In this document: positions 62,137 to 64,000 of the stretch, in pieces | How positions within the stretch are numbered: the stretch's first letter is position 1 | Layout of the letters: each line of letters begins with the position of its first letter | Assembly (NCBI GenBank): GCA_963665275.2 | Contig: CAXXIN010000004.1 | Span: forward strand, 97,387 to 161,386 | Source of the DNA: Negativicutes bacterium | GTDB lineage: Bacteria > Bacillota > Negativicutes > UBA1444 | Direction of reading: 5' to 3' | DNA: 64,000 nucleotides | Made by a program: the position numbers and the translations under genes | Notes under the pieces: generated by a model | The model's database searches: none | The model's input: the letters and a program-made list of their open reading frames with translations, nothing else | What the model was told of the DNA's origin: nothing

Positions 62137-62460
62137 TTAGATTTTTGCGTTAATTTTTTCGACAATCTTTTCTTTTGGCATGAACCCGATCAGACGGTCC
62201 ACTTCACTGCCGCCCTTGAACAGGATCATCGTCGGCAGCCCCTTGATGTCAAATTTTTGGGCCAAATCGCGGTTTTCATCCACATTGACCTTCATAATGC
62301 CGACCTTGCCGTCTAGTTCCACCGCAACTTCATCGAGCAACGGTAAAAGTTTCTGGCAATGTCCGCACCAGTTTGCAAAAAAATCTAAAAGGACAGGATT
62401 GGGAGACTCTAAAACCGATGCTTTGAAGTTGTCTTTCGTTACGATCTCTACGTTCGCCAT
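62137..62460 (-). CDS. trxA: Thioredoxin (WCGHC)
   Basis: DFFANWCGHC, KVNVD, GLPT..LFK.G. Confidence 0.92.
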   Translation of the reverse strand: MANVEIVTKDNFKASVLESPNPVLLDFFANWCGHCQKLLPLLDEVAVELDGKVGIMKVNVDENRDLAQKFDIKGLPTMILFKGGSEVDRLIGFMPKEKIVEKINAKI

Positions 62461-62521
62461 TTTTCCTTCCTCCTCTTTGGGGGACTAGCGCCCCTCTATC
62501 TAGTCTGGTACTTGAAATCGT

Positions 62522-62929
62522 TTACAGGTACGGGTCTTGCTTGCGCACTTCAACGAGAATACAGGACTTGTGGATCACATTCAGTTCCGCTTTCTTGGCG
62601 GCTTCGACCACATTGTCCCCATTGGCGCCGGGCTGCAGCCAGACGTTTTTTATGCCGAGGGCAGCGCATTCGGCAACGATGGCTTCACCGACTTTGGGAG
62701 GGACAACGAAATTGACCGCGTCCGGCTTCACAGGGAGTGCAGTGAGGGACGGATAACACTTTTCGCCCAGCACTTTCTCCAGTCCCGGATTGACGGGGAA
62801 AACCTTGTAACCGGCCTTTTGGAGCAATTTAAATATTTTGAAGCCAAATTTATCTTCGTTGTCGGTAGCCCCGATTACGGCCCAAGTTTTCAAGTCCAGC
62901 ATTGCGTGGATTTGATCGGTTGTATCCAT
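62522..62929 (-). CDS. CoA-binding protein (YccU/YneT-like)
   Basis: WAVIGAT, PVNP, VWLQPG, CILV. Confidence 0.9.
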   Translation of the reverse strand: MDTTDQIHAMLDLKTWAVIGATDNEDKFGFKIFKLLQKAGYKVFPVNPGLEKVLGEKCYPSLTALPVKPDAVNFVVPPKVGEAIVAECAALGIKNVWLQPGANGDNVVEAAKKAELNVIHKSCILVEVRKQDPYL

Positions 62930-62947
62930 ATCAAAAACTCCTATCCA

Positions 62948-63610
62948 TTAGAATATCTTATTTATATTGTAGGCCGGTAATCGCTCGGGGTCAAGTGATT
63001 CCCAATCATATAGGTGATTCACATCGTTGACGAGCCTGAGAATATTGTGCCGCTCTTCATATTCCACGATATTCACCGCCGTATTATCCTGCCGGAAACT
63101 CCAAAGGTTGTCCAGATGGATGCCGAGAGCCGAGCAAAGCATCGTACGGATGGCGCCGCCGTGTGTAACGACTGCGATGCATTCACCGTCATGCCGCTGC
63201 CGCAAGATTTCCAGGCCCGCATCGGTTCGTTTTTGCACGTCATGAAAGCTTTCTCCGCCGGGGATCTGAACCTTGCTGGGAAAGCGAAAGAAGTTTTCGA
63301 TCTCAGAGGACCAACCGGAATAAATCTGGTCGTACTTCAGTCCCTCCCACTCCCCGAATCCGACCTCGCGGAACTCCGGCATAGCCACTACCGGTAAAGA
63401 ATGGGGCGCCGCAACCTTTTCCGCCGTGACGACAGCCCGCACCAAGTCACTGCAATAAACGGCGGAAAATGGTTCGCGTTTCAGTCTGAGCGAGACCTGT
63501 TCAGCCTGCGCCAGACCTTCCGCCGAAAGTTCAATATCACTGTGTCCCTGGTATCTGAGCGTTTTGTTCCAAAGAGTTTGTCCATGTCGTATGAAAAATA
63601 TTGTTGTCAT
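62948..63610 (-). CDS. cobC: Histidine phosphatase, probable alpha-ribazole phosphatase
   Basis: RHGQT, SDL.RA, E..FG.WEG, THGG; directly after a cobD-like gene. Confidence 0.8.
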   Translation of the reverse strand: MTTIFFIRHGQTLWNKTLRYQGHSDIELSAEGLAQAEQVSLRLKREPFSAVYCSDLVRAVVTAEKVAAPHSLPVVAMPEFREVGFGEWEGLKYDQIYSGWSSEIENFFRFPSKVQIPGGESFHDVQKRTDAGLEILRQRHDGECIAVVTHGGAIRTMLCSALGIHLDNLWSFRQDNTAVNIVEYEERHNILRLVNDVNHLYDWESLDPERLPAYNINKIF

Positions 63611-64000
63611 TCACTATCTACTCCAAGCATTATTTTTTTGAGCACATCGAGGAGATGTTGATTCTCCGCAGGACCCTTGATCGCCAGCCGGATGAACCGG
63701 TCTGACAACCCATCGAAATTCGCACAGTTGCGGATGAGAATCCTGTGCTGCAGAAGGGCCTCCTGCAGTCTGGGCGCATCCCAGCCGGAATCTCCGATAT
63801 TGGCCAATATAAAATTGACGGACGGTGGAAAAACCCGAATGCCGGGAATAGATTGGAGCGTGCAGCGCATTCGTTCTTTTTCCTGTGTGATCAGTTCGAC
63901 GGTTTTTCGCCGGTATTCTTGATCCGCCAACCCCGCCACTCCGGCGGCCTGAGCCATCACGTTGACATTCCAGGGGTCCGCAGCGTTTTCATCTGCTCGA
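63607..64000 (-). CDS. cobD: PLP-dependent threonine-phosphate decarboxylase CobD-like, C-terminal part
   Basis: DPWNVNVMAQAAG, PSVNFIL, ILIRNCANF.GL, IRLAI; 5' end is outside the window. Confidence 0.75.
   Translation of the reverse strand, partial: RADENAADPWNVNVMAQAAGVAGLADQEYRRKTVELITQEKERMRCTLQSIPGIRVFPPSVNFILANIGDSGWDAPRLQEALLQHRILIRNCANFDGLSDRFIRLAIKGPAENQHLLDVLKKIMLGVDSE

Overview
A 64 kb chromosomal window from a Firmicute (Bacillota), probably Negativicutes/Sporomusaceae-like, inferred from gene content and order. Almost all genes are on the minus strand. Core blocks are pepP-aroQ-U32-mltG-DUF1292-ruvX-ireB-alaS, iscU-iscS-rrf2-rarA-ltaE-6S RNA-aspS-hisS-hemZ-fur-MBL hydrolase-dtd-rel-recJ, a reduced dcw cluster (mraZ to ftsZ, with an in-frame murC-ddl ORF and no ftsI, ftsW, murB or ftsA), and trxA-CoA-binding protein-cobC-cobD at the right end. 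There are two accessory regions. The first (~7.7-22.6 kb) is a mosaic with katG, a GAF-PAS-GGDEF protein, pncB, several pseudogenes and a complete IS256 with target-site duplication. The second (52.2-61.9 kb) is the most interesting element: an apparently complete RiPP biosynthetic cluster. It has a 44-aa precursor missed by the ORF track (61695-61829; YxxP leader motif, one Cys, Lys-rich tail), an attenuator hairpin, a radical SAM/SPASM enzyme with a C-terminal PqqD/RRE domain, a stand-alone RRE, an HPr-kinase-like kinase, two methyltransferases, a GAF protein, an exported tandem OB-fold protein, an ABC-2 exporter and an HEXXH-X18-E peptidase. All calls come from reading motifs and synteny; no database searches were run.
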